The notes beneath the pieces were generated by a model that searched no databases, had not been told where the DNA came from, and was given only the letters and a program-made list of their open reading frames with translations. Made by a program: the position numbers and the translations under genes. DNA of 64,000 bases from an uncultured Ferrimicrobium sp. (lineage in GTDB: Bacteria; Actinomycetota; Acidimicrobiia; Acidimicrobiales; RAAP-2): positions 240,248 through 304,247 of the forward strand of contig CAYSVK010000003.1 in NCBI GenBank assembly GCA_964434455.1. Reading direction: 5' to 3'. This document shows, piece after piece, positions 9,056-19,098 of this stretch. Numbering within the stretch: position 1 is the first letter of the stretch; every line of letters starts with the position of its first letter.

Positions 9056-9799
9056 CTAGTGGCGGTCCAGCCACCCGACCAACGTGGCGACCATCCGGGG
9101 ATCAGCACGCAGCCAGTGACCAGCCCCCTGAATGATCCGCAGTTCGCCTTTACCATCGGCGGCTTCGAGCAGATCGCGGGCCGCGCTGACTGGAACGTCG
9201 CGATCCTCCGCGCCGTGAGCAATGAGAAACCGTCGCGGCGGAACCATCTTCGCGGCTTCGAGTGGACGCAACGTTGAGACATCGTCAGCCAGGTCGCTCG
9301 GCGACATCACCGGAACCAGTGGATCCATGAGTTCGGCGCGCTCAATGACGCGCACCAGCTCCACCGGATCTCCCATCCACGACGTCATGTCCGATGGCGT
9401 GGCGAACGTCGCGACACCGCGAATTCGCTCGTCGTGCGCCGCGACATCCAGCGCCAACGCGCCACCGAGACCAAAGCCCGCGATCGACAGCCGCAGTGGA
9501 GACTCCGATAAGCGATCGATGATCGCGCGCAGATCCTGGCGCCACTGCGCGATGGAGAATGTGCCCGTTGACTCGCCCACTCCGGAAAGAGTTCCCGTGG
9601 CGACCATCCAGCCCGACTCATTGGCAAGGTGCTCGGCCAGCTCGGGCAGCAGTCCGGTGGCGTGTCGACCCATGCCGGCGAGGCGCGGCAGACCGTGCAC
9701 GAGCACGAGCCCGTGATCGGTAACTGGTCGCGTCGCGGTCGTGGCGACACGTAACTCGAGGCGACTCAGCCCGCTATCGAGCTGCTCGTGCTGCAGCAC
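9056..9799 (-). CDS. Alpha/beta-hydrolase-fold protein lacking the nucleophile serine
   Basis: VLVHG; nucleophile elbow reads AGFGLGG; HGAEDRDVP and GAGHWL present. Confidence 0.75.
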   Translation of the reverse strand: MLQHEQLDSGLSRLELRVATTATRPVTDHGLVLVHGLPRLAGMGRHATGLLPELAEHLANESGWMVATGTLSGVGESTGTFSIAQWRQDLRAIIDRLSESPLRLSIAGFGLGGALALDVAAHDERIRGVATFATPSDMTSWMGDPVELVRVIERAELMDPLVPVMSPSDLADDVSTLRPLEAAKMVPPRRFLIAHGAEDRDVPVSAARDLLEAADGKGELRIIQGAGHWLRADPRMVATLVGWLDRH

Positions 9800-9805
9800 G
9801 AAGAA

Positions 9806-10921
9806 TTAAATGCCGAGTCGCTGGGCTAGCTGCTCGCGGTGATACGCCGGGTCACCGAGCAGCAACTCGGAGCTCTTCGCGCGCTTGAAGTACAGGTGCG
9901 CGTGGTGCTCCCAGGTGAATCCGATGCCCCCGTGGATCTGAATGTTCTCCGCGGCGCAGTGAAAGTACGCCTCGGAGCAGAACGACTTGGCGAGGCTCGA
10001 GGCGATCGGCAACTCGTCGCTGTCCTCTTGGGCGGCCCAGGCCGCGTAGTACGCCGCGGACTTGGCGGACTCGACGTCAAGCAGCATGTCCGCGCACTTG
10101 TGCTTGATCGCCTGAAACGAGCCAATCGGTCGACCGAACTGAATTCGGTTCTTCGCGTAGTCCACGGCGTTGTCCAAGACCCGCTGAGCGCCACCGACTT
10201 GTTCGGCCGCGAGTGATGCAATCGCCATTTGAACGGTGCGCTCCAGACCGGCTTTGGCGCCGCCGGAGGCACCGACGAGCGTCGCAGGCGTATTCGCGAA
10301 CTCGATGCGGCTCTGCTTGCGGGTCTGGTCCATCGTGGCGAGGTTGGTGCGCGTCACGCCGCTGGCTGATCCCTCGACGGAGAAGAGCGAGAGGCCGTCT
10401 GGTGTGGTCGCCGTCACGAGCAGCAGTGAGGAAGTGTTGCCGTCAATCACGTAGTTCTTCACGCCGCTGAGCGTCCAGCCGTCACCGGCCTTGGCGGCCG
10501 TAACTCCGGTCGCCTCGAGGTCCCAACTGCCGGCGTCGTTAGTCATCGCCAATGTCGCAATCGTTGCGCCCGAGGCAATGCCCGGCAGCAACGTCTTCTT
10601 GGCCGCGTCGTCGCCGCTGTTCAGCAGTGCGTTGGCCGCGAGTGCCACGGTCGAGAAGTACGGGGCGCACAGCAGCGCGGCACCCATCTCTTCAAAGACG
10701 ACGTACAACTCAACGGGACCGAAACCTTGTCCCCCGAACTCCTCGGGAATACCGAGACCCTGAAGAGCGAGCTCGCCGGCCATCTGCTTCCAGACGTCGG
10801 GGTCGTAACCCTCTTCGGTGGCCATGAGCCGACGGACCTCGGTCTCGGGGGATTTGTCCTCTAAGAACCGCTTCACCATCTTGCGGAGCTCGTCCTGCTC
10901 CTCGCTGAAGCCAAAGTTCAT
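9806..10921 (-). CDS. Acyl-CoA dehydrogenase family protein
   Basis: RIQFGRPIGSFQAIKH, IQIHGGIGFTWEH; start may be GTG 10930. Confidence 0.9.
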   Translation of the reverse strand: MNFGFSEEQDELRKMVKRFLEDKSPETEVRRLMATEEGYDPDVWKQMAGELALQGLGIPEEFGGQGFGPVELYVVFEEMGAALLCAPYFSTVALAANALLNSGDDAAKKTLLPGIASGATIATLAMTNDAGSWDLEATGVTAAKAGDGWTLSGVKNYVIDGNTSSLLLVTATTPDGLSLFSVEGSASGVTRTNLATMDQTRKQSRIEFANTPATLVGASGGAKAGLERTVQMAIASLAAEQVGGAQRVLDNAVDYAKNRIQFGRPIGSFQAIKHKCADMLLDVESAKSAAYYAAWAAQEDSDELPIASSLAKSFCSEAYFHCAAENIQIHGGIGFTWEHHAHLYFKRAKSSELLLGDPAYHREQLAQRLGI

Positions 10922-10969
10922 CGCGGTCACCTTCCTTCGCGCCTCGCGCCACGGGCGGAGTCGAGATTA

Positions 10970-10986
10970 GTCAAGTTCGACTTGAC
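10970..10986. promoter_or_regulatory. Inverted repeat GTCAAGT-TCG-ACTTGAC, candidate operator overlapping a TTGACC -35 box
   Basis: Perfect 7-bp arms in a divergent intergenic region. Confidence 0.45.
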
Positions 10987-11015
10987 CCCCCGCCGGCTCG
11001 TGGCAGTCTGGCGAG

Positions 11016-11642
11016 GTGGCGGTCATGGACGGAGTGGATCTCATATGGTCGAATGCGGCGGCCGAGGTGCACCGATTCGTCGTCGGTCCGATCGATAACA
11101 ACGTCTATGTCGTGCGGTGCCGACGCAGTGGCGTGGCCGCGCTGATCGATGCCGCCAACGAGCACGAGCGGCTCCTCGGCGTCGCCCGGCACCTGGGCGT
11201 CGCGCTGGTGCTTGAGACCCACGGCCACTGGGACCACATCGGCGCCGTCGAAGCGGTGCGCGAGGCGGGTATCGACGTCTACGTACGCGACGAGGACGCG
11301 GGGCGATTGCCGAGCTACGACCAGCTGCTCGAGGACGACGACGTGCTGAGCGTGGGTGAACTGCGGTTGCGGACGCACCACACACCTGGTCACACCGAGG
11401 GTTCAATCTGCTTCTCGCTCGAAGAGACCCCCGTGCTCTTTACCGGTGACACCCTCTTTCCCGGTGGACCGGGAAATGCCACCTTTGAGGGCGGCGACTT
11501 TCCGACGATCATCCGGTCCATTGAGACCCGGCTCTTTCGGCCATTTTCACCCGACACGATGATTTGGCCCGGCCACGGCGCACCGTCGACAATCGGCACC
11601 GAAGCCCCGCACCTCGATGAGTGGGTCGAGCGCGGCTGGTAA
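11016..11642 (+). CDS. MBL-fold metallo-hydrolase (glyoxalase II-like)
   Basis: THGHWDHIG, HTPGHTEGS, FTGDTLF, PGHG. Confidence 0.9.
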   Translation: MAVMDGVDLIWSNAAAEVHRFVVGPIDNNVYVVRCRRSGVAALIDAANEHERLLGVARHLGVALVLETHGHWDHIGAVEAVREAGIDVYVRDEDAGRLPSYDQLLEDDDVLSVGELRLRTHHTPGHTEGSICFSLEETPVLFTGDTLFPGGPGNATFEGGDFPTIIRSIETRLFRPFSPDTMIWPGHGAPSTIGTEAPHLDEWVERGW

Positions 11643-11676
11643 ATCCAATATGAAGGCTCACCTTTAGCCTCTCACT

Positions 11677-12435
11677 GTGAACGCGCCACTCTTTGAACTG
11701 CGGGACCTGCAGGTTGAAGCGGACGGTCACCCCATTTTGAACGGGGTGTCTCTCACCGTGAACGAGGGCGAAGTCCACGCTCTCATGGGTCCCAACGGCG
11801 CTGGCAAGTCGACGTTGGCCAATGTCGTGATGGGTCACCCTGGCTACGTCGTGACCGGCGGATCGATCCATCTGCGCGGTGAAGAGATCTCCGGCTGGTC
11901 GGCGGACACTCGAGCGCGCGCTGGCATCTTTCTCGCGTTTCAGTATCCCGAGTCCATCAGCGGGGTCTCGGTCATCCAATTTCTGCGCCAGGCCATCGCC
12001 GCGCGCCGTGATCTGAGCGAGTTGAGCGTGCTCGAAGTCCGTCTGGATCTCATGGAGTGGATGGACCGACTCGGCATGGACCGCGCGTTCGCGGAGCGCC
12101 ATCTCAACGAGGGCTTCTCCGGCGGCGAGCGCAAGCGCAACGAAGTGCTGCAGATGGCGCTGCTCGACCCCGATTTGGCGGTGCTCGATGAGACCGACTC
12201 CGGACTCGACATCGACGCGCTGCGCACCGTTGCTCACGGCGTACTCACGGTGCGCGAGCGACGCCCAAAGATGGGCGCCCTCGTCGTGACCCACTACGCG
12301 AAGTTGCTCGAAGAGCTTATTCCGGACCACGTCCATGTTCTCATCGACGGTCGAATTGTTGAGAGCGGCGACGCGTCGCTCGCTCAACGCATCGAGTCCG
12401 CTGGCTACGAGCAGTGGCGCGCGGAGGTCTCGTGA
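11677..12435 (+). CDS. sufC: Fe-S cluster assembly ATPase SufC (copy 1)
   Basis: GPNGAGKST, FLAFQYP, FSGGERKR, LDETDSGLD, VTHY; TAGCCT -10 box 6 nt before GTG. Confidence 0.93.
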   Translation: MNAPLFELRDLQVEADGHPILNGVSLTVNEGEVHALMGPNGAGKSTLANVVMGHPGYVVTGGSIHLRGEEISGWSADTRARAGIFLAFQYPESISGVSVIQFLRQAIAARRDLSELSVLEVRLDLMEWMDRLGMDRAFAERHLNEGFSGGERKRNEVLQMALLDPDLAVLDETDSGLDIDALRTVAHGVLTVRERRPKMGALVVTHYAKLLEELIPDHVHVLIDGRIVESGDASLAQRIESAGYEQWRAEVS

Positions 12436-13667
12436 CGAGTTTTGATTTTCGCCGCGTCCGCGCCGACATTCCGCTGTTGCGCCGCAAGGTCAATGGACGT
12501 CCGATTACCTACCTCGACTCTGCCTCGAGTGCGCTCACGCCCCGTCCGGTCATTGAAGCGATGAGTCGGTACTACGAACTGCGCCACGCCAATGTGCACC
12601 GCGGCGTCTACGTCACCGCTGAAGAGGCCACTGCCACCTACGAGGGCGCCCGCGTGGCGGTGGGCAAGTTTCTCGGAGCCCCTCACCCAGCCGACGAGAT
12701 CGTCTTTACGAAGAACACCACCGAAGCGCTCAATTTGCTGGTTCGCTCCTGGGGCAAGGCGAATCTGACGCGCGACGATGCGGTGGTGCTCACCGAAATC
12801 GAGCACCACGCGAACATTGTGCCGTGGTTTCAGCTGCGCGACGAAGTCGGGTTTGAGATTCGCTGGCTCCGAGTCGGCGACGACTTCCGCCTCGAACTCG
12901 ATGACATTGACACGAAGCTGCGCGGCGCGAAGATCATTTCCCTGGCCTCGATGAGCAACGTGCTCGGCACGATCAACCCGGTGCGCGCAATTGCCGATCG
13001 AGCCCACGAGCACGGAGCGTTGGTGGCCGTTGATGGGGCGCAGTCTGTCGCTCACGATGTGGTTGATCTGAGCGCCCTCGGAGTGGACTTCTTCGCGTTC
13101 AGCGCTCACAAGATGCTCGGTCCCACCGGTATTGGTGCGCTGTGGGCTCACCGTGAGATCTTGCGATCCATGCCGCCGTTTCTCGGTGGGGGTGGAATGA
13201 TCGCGGACGTCTCGACGTCGGGATTTGAGCCCGCTCGCGACGTCAGCCGGTTCGAGGCCGGCACGCCACCAATTGCGGAGTCAGCCGGACTGCACGCGGC
13301 CGTGCGTTACCTCGAGCAACTCGGGATGGCCGAAGTTCGCAAACACGAAGAGGCGTTAACCGCTGAAGCGCTGCGTCGATTGGACGACGAATTTGCGGGC
13401 CGTGTGCAGGTGATCGGACCCTCAGACACGGTTGATCGCGGAGGCGTACTGAGCTTGGATGTCGCCGGAGTCCACGCTCATGACGTAGCTCAAGTTCTTG
13501 ATCAGTTCGGCGTATGTGTGCGGCCCGGACATCACTGCGCAAAGCCGCTCATGAAGCGTTTCGGGCTCGCCGCGACTGCGCGCGCGTCGTTTGGCCCCTA
13601 CTCGGCCAGCGCCGACATCGGCGTGTTGCTCGAAGGACTCACCCGCACCATCGATCTGTTCGGATAG
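12432..13667 (+). CDS. sufS: SufS cysteine desulfurase
   Basis: YLDSAS, ANVHRG, SAHKMLGPTGIG, RPGHHCA; GTGA overlap with sufC. Confidence 0.93.
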   Translation: MTSFDFRRVRADIPLLRRKVNGRPITYLDSASSALTPRPVIEAMSRYYELRHANVHRGVYVTAEEATATYEGARVAVGKFLGAPHPADEIVFTKNTTEALNLLVRSWGKANLTRDDAVVLTEIEHHANIVPWFQLRDEVGFEIRWLRVGDDFRLELDDIDTKLRGAKIISLASMSNVLGTINPVRAIADRAHEHGALVAVDGAQSVAHDVVDLSALGVDFFAFSAHKMLGPTGIGALWAHREILRSMPPFLGGGGMIADVSTSGFEPARDVSRFEAGTPPIAESAGLHAAVRYLEQLGMAEVRKHEEALTAEALRRLDDEFAGRVQVIGPSDTVDRGGVLSLDVAGVHAHDVAQVLDQFGVCVRPGHHCAKPLMKRFGLAATARASFGPYSASADIGVLLEGLTRTIDLFG

Positions 13668-13670
13668 GAC

Positions 13671-14135
13671 ATGAACAACCTCGAAGACCTCTACCGCGAG
13701 ATCATCCTCGACCACTACCGCTCGCCGCGCAACCGCGGTGAACTCACCGTCCCGCCGGCTCATCGCACCGAGGGCTTTAATCCGCTCTGCGGCGACGAAG
13801 TCGTTCTCTTTATCGAAGTGAGCGACGGGAAGCTGTCCGACATCAAGGTGGCTGGGTCTGGTTGCTCGATCTCGCAAGCGTCGGCGTCACTTATGTCGGC
13901 TGCCGTGAATGGCAAGCCGATTGACGAGGTCCACCGTGTCGTGGACTCTTTCAAGCAACTGATGACGGTGCGTGAAGAACATCTCGATGACGACGAAGAG
14001 CCTCAGCCCGTGGACTTGCGAGCGATGGGCGAACTCGCCGCTCTCCAAGGAGTGGTCAAATTCCCCGTTCGCATTAAATGCGCCACGCTTAGTTGGAACA
14101 CCCTGCTCGAGGGGCTCAGCGAAGTCGGTTCGTAA
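13671..14135 (+). CDS. sufU: SufU (IscU-like) sulfur transfer protein
   Basis: LYREIILDHY, NPLCGD, GCSISQAS, RIKCA. Confidence 0.93.
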   Translation: MNNLEDLYREIILDHYRSPRNRGELTVPPAHRTEGFNPLCGDEVVLFIEVSDGKLSDIKVAGSGCSISQASASLMSAAVNGKPIDEVHRVVDSFKQLMTVREEHLDDDEEPQPVDLRAMGELAALQGVVKFPVRIKCATLSWNTLLEGLSEVGS

Positions 14136-15443
14136 CTACTTCGGGGTACAGGGTCGCGGGTTGTAGAACTCGTAGCCCTGCGACGCATCGGTGGTCGTGG
14201 TGACGCCGGTCTTTTTGTGGTGCGTCGTCGAAGTCGAAGTTGACTTAGGCAATCCAATTACTGGTGGCATGTTCGGCTGAAGGTGCGAGTTCGGCGGTGG
14301 TGCCGTCGGTCGCTTGAGCTCGTCCCCAAAAATCTTGACCAGCATTCGCTGCGCCGCGGGCTGGTTCACGACCAACACATCGCCGTACGGAGATACGTAT
14401 CCGGCGCTCGTAGTTGGCAACGTGTACGAGTGCATATTGGCGGCATTGAAGTGTCGGAATGCACCGATGTCGCCGAGAATTTCGTTGGTGCTCCATGACT
14501 GATCGATGGCCACACCTGAGGGAAGCGCTTTGACTAATGCTTGGATCGCGAAGAAGTCAAAGTTGCTGGTCTTGATCTTGACGGCGTTGGCCAGCGCGCG
14601 GATAAATGCATCCTGCCGCTGAATTCGGCCGTAGTCGCTCGTTCCGTCGGCGTACCAGACACCGTGGTACAGGTACTCGTAGTGGCGACTGCGCACCACC
14701 GCGAGCGCCTGGAAATCCTTGATGAGGTGGCAACCGGGCCACTGGTGCAGACGGCTGTAGGCATCGCGCACCTTGTAGGGAAAGTTCAAATAGACGCCGC
14801 CGACGGCGTTGGCCGCCTTGATGACTCCCGCGAAACTGACTTGGACGACATGGTTAATCGGGATTCCAAAATTTGCTTCAATCGTCTTCACCAGCAAATT
14901 GGGACCATCGGAGTAGGTGACGTTGATGCGGTTGTATCTCGTGTAGAGGTTTTGGTGGGCGAGCAACTGCACGAGGGTGTCGCGAGGAATCGACACGACC
15001 GACACGGTGAGTTTCGTGGGATCAACGTGCATGATCTTGACGACGTCTGATCGTTGACCCGAGATTCCTCCAGCGCCCGTCAGCTGCGCGTACTTCCCGC
15101 TCAATCCCTGGCGCGAATCAGAGCCGATCTCCAAGATGTTGAACGGTTTTCCCGCGACGACTGGATAGACGTTGACATTGATGCGATGAAAGCGTCCGAT
15201 CAAGTAGTTGACGTAGAGATAGGCGCCACCAGCCCCTAACACCATGACGATGACCAGCGCGATCGACGTAATTCCCGCGATTCGAGCCTTGGACCTCTTG
15301 CGGCGCCGACGCTTGGGCTGCCCACCGCTCTTGCGAGTTACGGCATCGCCGAGGTCCAGCAGCCGTTGTTCGTTGGCCACTGAACCACCAGCGCTGACCG
15401 CGCCCCCTCGGCCCCGTGGAGCGGGCGGGCGGGGGTCTGACAC
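14136..15443 (-). CDS. LytR-CpsA-Psr (LCP) family cell-wall ligase
   Basis: One TM helix; NILEIGSDSR, RSDVVKIMH, SIPRD, RINVTY, DYGRIQRQ. Confidence 0.9.
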   Translation of the reverse strand: MSDPRPPAPRGRGGAVSAGGSVANEQRLLDLGDAVTRKSGGQPKRRRRKRSKARIAGITSIALVIVMVLGAGGAYLYVNYLIGRFHRINVNVYPVVAGKPFNILEIGSDSRQGLSGKYAQLTGAGGISGQRSDVVKIMHVDPTKLTVSVVSIPRDTLVQLLAHQNLYTRYNRINVTYSDGPNLLVKTIEANFGIPINHVVQVSFAGVIKAANAVGGVYLNFPYKVRDAYSRLHQWPGCHLIKDFQALAVVRSRHYEYLYHGVWYADGTSDYGRIQRQDAFIRALANAVKIKTSNFDFFAIQALVKALPSGVAIDQSWSTNEILGDIGAFRHFNAANMHSYTLPTTSAGYVSPYGDVLVVNQPAAQRMLVKIFGDELKRPTAPPPNSHLQPNMPPVIGLPKSTSTSTTHHKKTGVTTTTDASQGYEFYNPRPCTPK

Positions 15444-15489
15444 GGCGACGAGTTTACGGTCGGGCTCCCGTCGTCTTGGGACCCTCTAC

Positions 15490-16215
15490 TTAAGAAATCG
15501 TTGAGCGAAACGGCTCGTAGCCGCTGATTTCTAACTCTCCCGCAATTTCGGCACCACCGGACCGCACAATGCGACCGTCACTCATCACGTGCACGTGAGT
15601 GGGATGCAACACATTCAACAACCGTTGAAAGTGCGTGATCGCGAGTACTCCGCAGCCGATCTCGCTCACGGCGTTAGTCAGTCGAACTGCGACGTCGTGC
15701 AATGCGTCAACATCCAAACCAGAGTCAATTTCATCGAGCACCGCAATCTTCGGTCGACGCACCACCAATTGGACGATTTCGGCGCGCTTGCGCTCGCCAC
15801 CGGAGAGATCGACATTGATGAATCGCTCCAGAAGCTCTGGCTTGAGTCCGACTCTCACTGACTCCTCGGCGATTAACCGCGATACCGACTGAGGATCAAC
15901 TCCACCCGCGACGAGCATCTGGTCGGTACGAACTCCTGGAACTTCGAGGGGATGCTGCATCGCGAGAAAGAGGCCCGCTCGGGCCCGCTCGGTCGTCGAC
16001 ATTCCAAGTACATCAGCACCATCGAGCGTGACGGTGCCGTCGAGAACGCGATAGCCCGGACGGTTCGCGAGTGCGTGAGCGAGAGTCGACTTGCCCGAGC
16101 CGTTCGGACCCATGACGGCGTGTACTTCGCCGCTCGAAATGGTCAGATCGATGCCCTTCAAGATCTCTTTGTCGCCGACGGCGACGCGCAGGCCGGAAAT
16201 GACGAGCTGGTTCAC
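15490..16215 (-). CDS. sufC: Fe-S cluster assembly ATPase SufC (copy 2)
   Basis: GPNGSGKST, FLAMQHP, LSGGERKR, LDEIDSGLD, ITHF. Confidence 0.9.
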   Translation of the reverse strand: MNQLVISGLRVAVGDKEILKGIDLTISSGEVHAVMGPNGSGKSTLAHALANRPGYRVLDGTVTLDGADVLGMSTTERARAGLFLAMQHPLEVPGVRTDQMLVAGGVDPQSVSRLIAEESVRVGLKPELLERFINVDLSGGERKRAEIVQLVVRRPKIAVLDEIDSGLDVDALHDVAVRLTNAVSEIGCGVLAITHFQRLLNVLHPTHVHVMSDGRIVRSGGAEIAGELEISGYEPFRSTIS

Positions 16216-16529
16216 TCGGCCACCTCAACCAGCACTCGTCCGCTCACCACTGAGACGGGATAGGTCGCCACCGCTTTGGTGGCGGGCAGCGAGGACGGCG
16301 TCCCGTCGCGCAAATGGAACATCGATCCGTGACGATCGCATTCGATTTCGCAGCTATCAATGTCCACTTCGCCCGATGAGAGCGGATAGTCCTCGTGCGA
16401 ACACCGATCCTCTAAGGCGAACACCTCGTCGTCAATTCGCACGAGAACAACCGCGCGTCCGTTGACCTCACGTCGCGTCGCACAACCGTTCTCAAGTGTG
16501 CTCAGCTCGCCAGCGTCAAAGGACGTCAT
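16212..16529 (-). CDS. Rieske-type [2Fe-2S] ferredoxin
   Basis: CSH...CDRH Rieske ligands; coupled to sufD and sufC. Confidence 0.9.
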   Translation of the reverse strand: MTSFDAGELSTLENGCATRREVNGRAVVLVRIDDEVFALEDRCSHEDYPLSSGEVDIDSCEIECDRHGSMFHLRDGTPSSLPATKAVATYPVSVVSGRVLVEVAE

Positions 16530-17779
16530 GACGTCACTCCGACAGCGGCGAGCGCATCGCCGACTTCATCAAGGACCAACGACGCGATCGAGTCCGGCAT
16601 CTCGTCGGTCATCTCGGCGAAGAACCCTTGAACGAGGAGTCGCTCGGCATCAAGCGGCGTCACGCCACGAGATTCGAGGTACCACAGCTGCAGTTCGTCG
16701 AGCGGGCCGACGCTAGAGGCGTGCTGGCAGACGACGTCGTTCTCCTTGATATCGAGATTGGGCACCGTGTCGGCGTGGGCGGTCTTGGAGAGCAACAGAT
16801 TGTGATTGGTCTGGCGAGCGTCGGTGCGCTTGGCGCCCTTCTCGATCTCAATGAGTCCGGTGTAGATCGAGCGCGACTGCTCCGCCACGGCGCCCTTAGA
16901 GAGCAACGTAGAACGGGTTCGGCCCACTCGGTGGAGCTGATGCGTACGAAAGTCGTGTACTTGAGTGCCGGAACCGAGGTAGGTCGTATGCAGCGCACCA
17001 GTGCCGCCCGCTCCCACGTACTCCGCGTCATTGCGCGCGCGGTCGTAATGCGCACCGAGCCCGACGACTGATTGGCGCAGCGAGGCGTTCGCGCCCACGA
17101 TCGCCGTCGTGCGACCGATGTGCCACGCCGACGCGGCCAGACCTTGCAACGTGGCGATGGCGAGCGAGGCGTTGTCGGCGACCTCGTACTCACCGCGCGA
17201 GAGAACGAGGGCGTCATCACCGCCAATGAGGCACTCAATCAGCTGAACGCGCGAACGACGGCCAACGCGAATACGCACCGACGGCGCCACGAAGGATCCG
17301 CTGACCAGTGAGATCAGATAGATCGGCCGGGGCACGACAACATCGTCTGAAATGTCAATGGTCACCAGTTGTGGGCTGAGCGCTAATGACAACAGCGAGA
17401 ACCCGTCATCGCCGTAGCGATCGAGTGGATTCACACCACCCCAGTCAGCACCCGCATCGGTGCTCGACACGGTGACGCCGTCGTGGATCGGCGATCCTTC
17501 GGTGATCTGACCGTTGTGGATCGTGAGCACCAACGCGTTGGGGTCCGACTCCAGCTGCGACTTCCACGTGGCGGCTCGCGGGCTTACTTCCGTCCTGGCG
17601 TCCTGGTCGGAGCGATCGAAGGCTTCCAAGTTGAACTCCGACAGCGGGGCGTACCGCCACACCTCATCGTCCGTCGTCGGCAGTCCGACAGTGTCGAATT
17701 TGGCCATTGCCGTTTGACGCCACGACTCCGAGGATTTCGAGTCAAGAAAAGCGTCGACGGAGTGGCGAAATGAACTCAT
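16526..17779 (-). CDS. sufD: Fe-S cluster assembly protein SufD
   Basis: DEVWRY, QTNHNLLLS, PNLDIKENDVVCQHASSVG, LLVQGF. Confidence 0.9.
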   Translation of the reverse strand: MSSFRHSVDAFLDSKSSESWRQTAMAKFDTVGLPTTDDEVWRYAPLSEFNLEAFDRSDQDARTEVSPRAATWKSQLESDPNALVLTIHNGQITEGSPIHDGVTVSSTDAGADWGGVNPLDRYGDDGFSLLSLALSPQLVTIDISDDVVVPRPIYLISLVSGSFVAPSVRIRVGRRSRVQLIECLIGGDDALVLSRGEYEVADNASLAIATLQGLAASAWHIGRTTAIVGANASLRQSVVGLGAHYDRARNDAEYVGAGGTGALHTTYLGSGTQVHDFRTHQLHRVGRTRSTLLSKGAVAEQSRSIYTGLIEIEKGAKRTDARQTNHNLLLSKTAHADTVPNLDIKENDVVCQHASSVGPLDELQLWYLESRGVTPLDAERLLVQGFFAEMTDEMPDSIASLVLDEVGDALAAVGVTS

Positions 17780-17869
17780 AGTCGGCGCAGGGCCTTGTCA
17801 ATCGTAATGGTGGCCCCTCGGAGAACAACCGACGATGCCCGTAACCTCGCGGGAGTTCAAAGGAGTGAA

Positions 17870-18700
17870 ATGTCATTTTCTTCTGAGGTGCTCGAACTGA
17901 GTGTCGACGATCACGTGGCGACTCTGTGGCTCAATCGACCAGCGCAACGAAACGCTCTCGGTCGCGACTTTTGGCGGGATCTGCCTCTGGCCGCCGCGGC
18001 GGTCTCGGCCGACCGCAACGTAAGGGCCCTCATCCTCGCCGCGAGGGGTCCGCACTTCTCCGTCGGACTCGACCTCAAGGAGATGACGCTCGGACAAAGC
18101 GGCGAACGTGGAGCTTCGTCATCGCGGGCCGCGACCAATCTCGCGACCGTGCGCCAAATCAAGGCCATGCAGGACTCGGTTACGTCGCTCGCCGAGCTTC
18201 GGATTCCCGTCATTGCGGCCGTACACGGCTACTGCATTGGTGGCGGCGTCGACGTCATTTGCGCGTGCGACATTCGACTCGGCGCGTCCGACGCGATCTT
18301 TTCGGTGCGTGAGGCGAAGGTTGCCATCGTGGCGGACCTTGGCACGTTGCAACGACTGCCACACATAGTTGGCGCGGGACACGTAGCTGAACTCGCTTAC
18401 ACGGCAAAAGACATCGACGCCAAGCGAGCCGCCGAGATTGGCTTGATCAATCACGTCCGCCACGGCTCGGCTGATGACGTCTACGTCGCCGCGCGAGAAC
18501 TGGCACTTGAGATCGCGGCGAACTCACCGTTAGCCGTCGAGGGCACGAAAGCCGTGTTGCGAGCGAACGACGGGGCCACAATCGAGCAGGGACTCGACTA
18601 CGTGGCGCGGTGGAACACCGCGTTCATCCAGAGCAACGACCTCGTCGAAGCGATGAGCGCTTTTATGGAACGGCGCGCTCCGACCTTTCGCGGGGACTAG
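17870..18700 (+). CDS. Crotonase/enoyl-CoA hydratase family protein (dienoyl-CoA isomerase-like)
   Basis: FSVGLDL, HGYCIGGGVD, ADLGTLQRLP; AGGAG RBS before ATG 17870. Confidence 0.88.
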   Translation: MSFSSEVLELSVDDHVATLWLNRPAQRNALGRDFWRDLPLAAAAVSADRNVRALILAARGPHFSVGLDLKEMTLGQSGERGASSSRAATNLATVRQIKAMQDSVTSLAELRIPVIAAVHGYCIGGGVDVICACDIRLGASDAIFSVREAKVAIVADLGTLQRLPHIVGAGHVAELAYTAKDIDAKRAAEIGLINHVRHGSADDVYVAARELALEIAANSPLAVEGTKAVLRANDGATIEQGLDYVARWNTAFIQSNDLVEAMSAFMERRAPTFRGD

Positions 18701-18710
18701 TTCGCGCTGA

Positions 18711-19055
18711 CTAACGGCGCCAAAAGCGCCAACCGCGGCCCTTGCGGTCGTTTTGAGCCAGTTCGGCGCGTCGTTCCGCAAACATCTCGGGGGCGACGGC
18801 GTTCACGATTTCTTGGGCGCTGTCGAGCACTTCGCGTCGATCCTCGCTCGAACCGGCGGGCATCGGTTCAACGCCGCGATCAACGAGAGTCCCGTGACTC
18901 CATCCAACGTCCGCCAGACGCGGCTCGTAGGTCACGCAGTTCTCGGGACACGCCCACGGCTGGTCGGGTGCGTTACCGAGAATGCAGAACCGCGCCACTT
19001 CGCCGGACGCGTACGTCCGGGATTGGAAGTGCTTGCACTCCTCACGCATGGGCAC
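18711..19055 (-). CDS. Small hypothetical protein with four cysteines
   Basis: ECKHF...RFC...ACPENC; TACGAT -10 box 6 nt before GTG. Confidence 0.7.
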   Translation of the reverse strand: MPMREECKHFQSRTYASGEVARFCILGNAPDQPWACPENCVTYEPRLADVGWSHGTLVDRGVEPMPAGSSEDRREVLDSAQEIVNAVAPEMFAERRAELAQNDRKGRGWRFWRR

Positions 19056-19098
19056 ATCGTCATCGTAAGTCTCGAAATGCTCTCGATACGCTGCTGGC

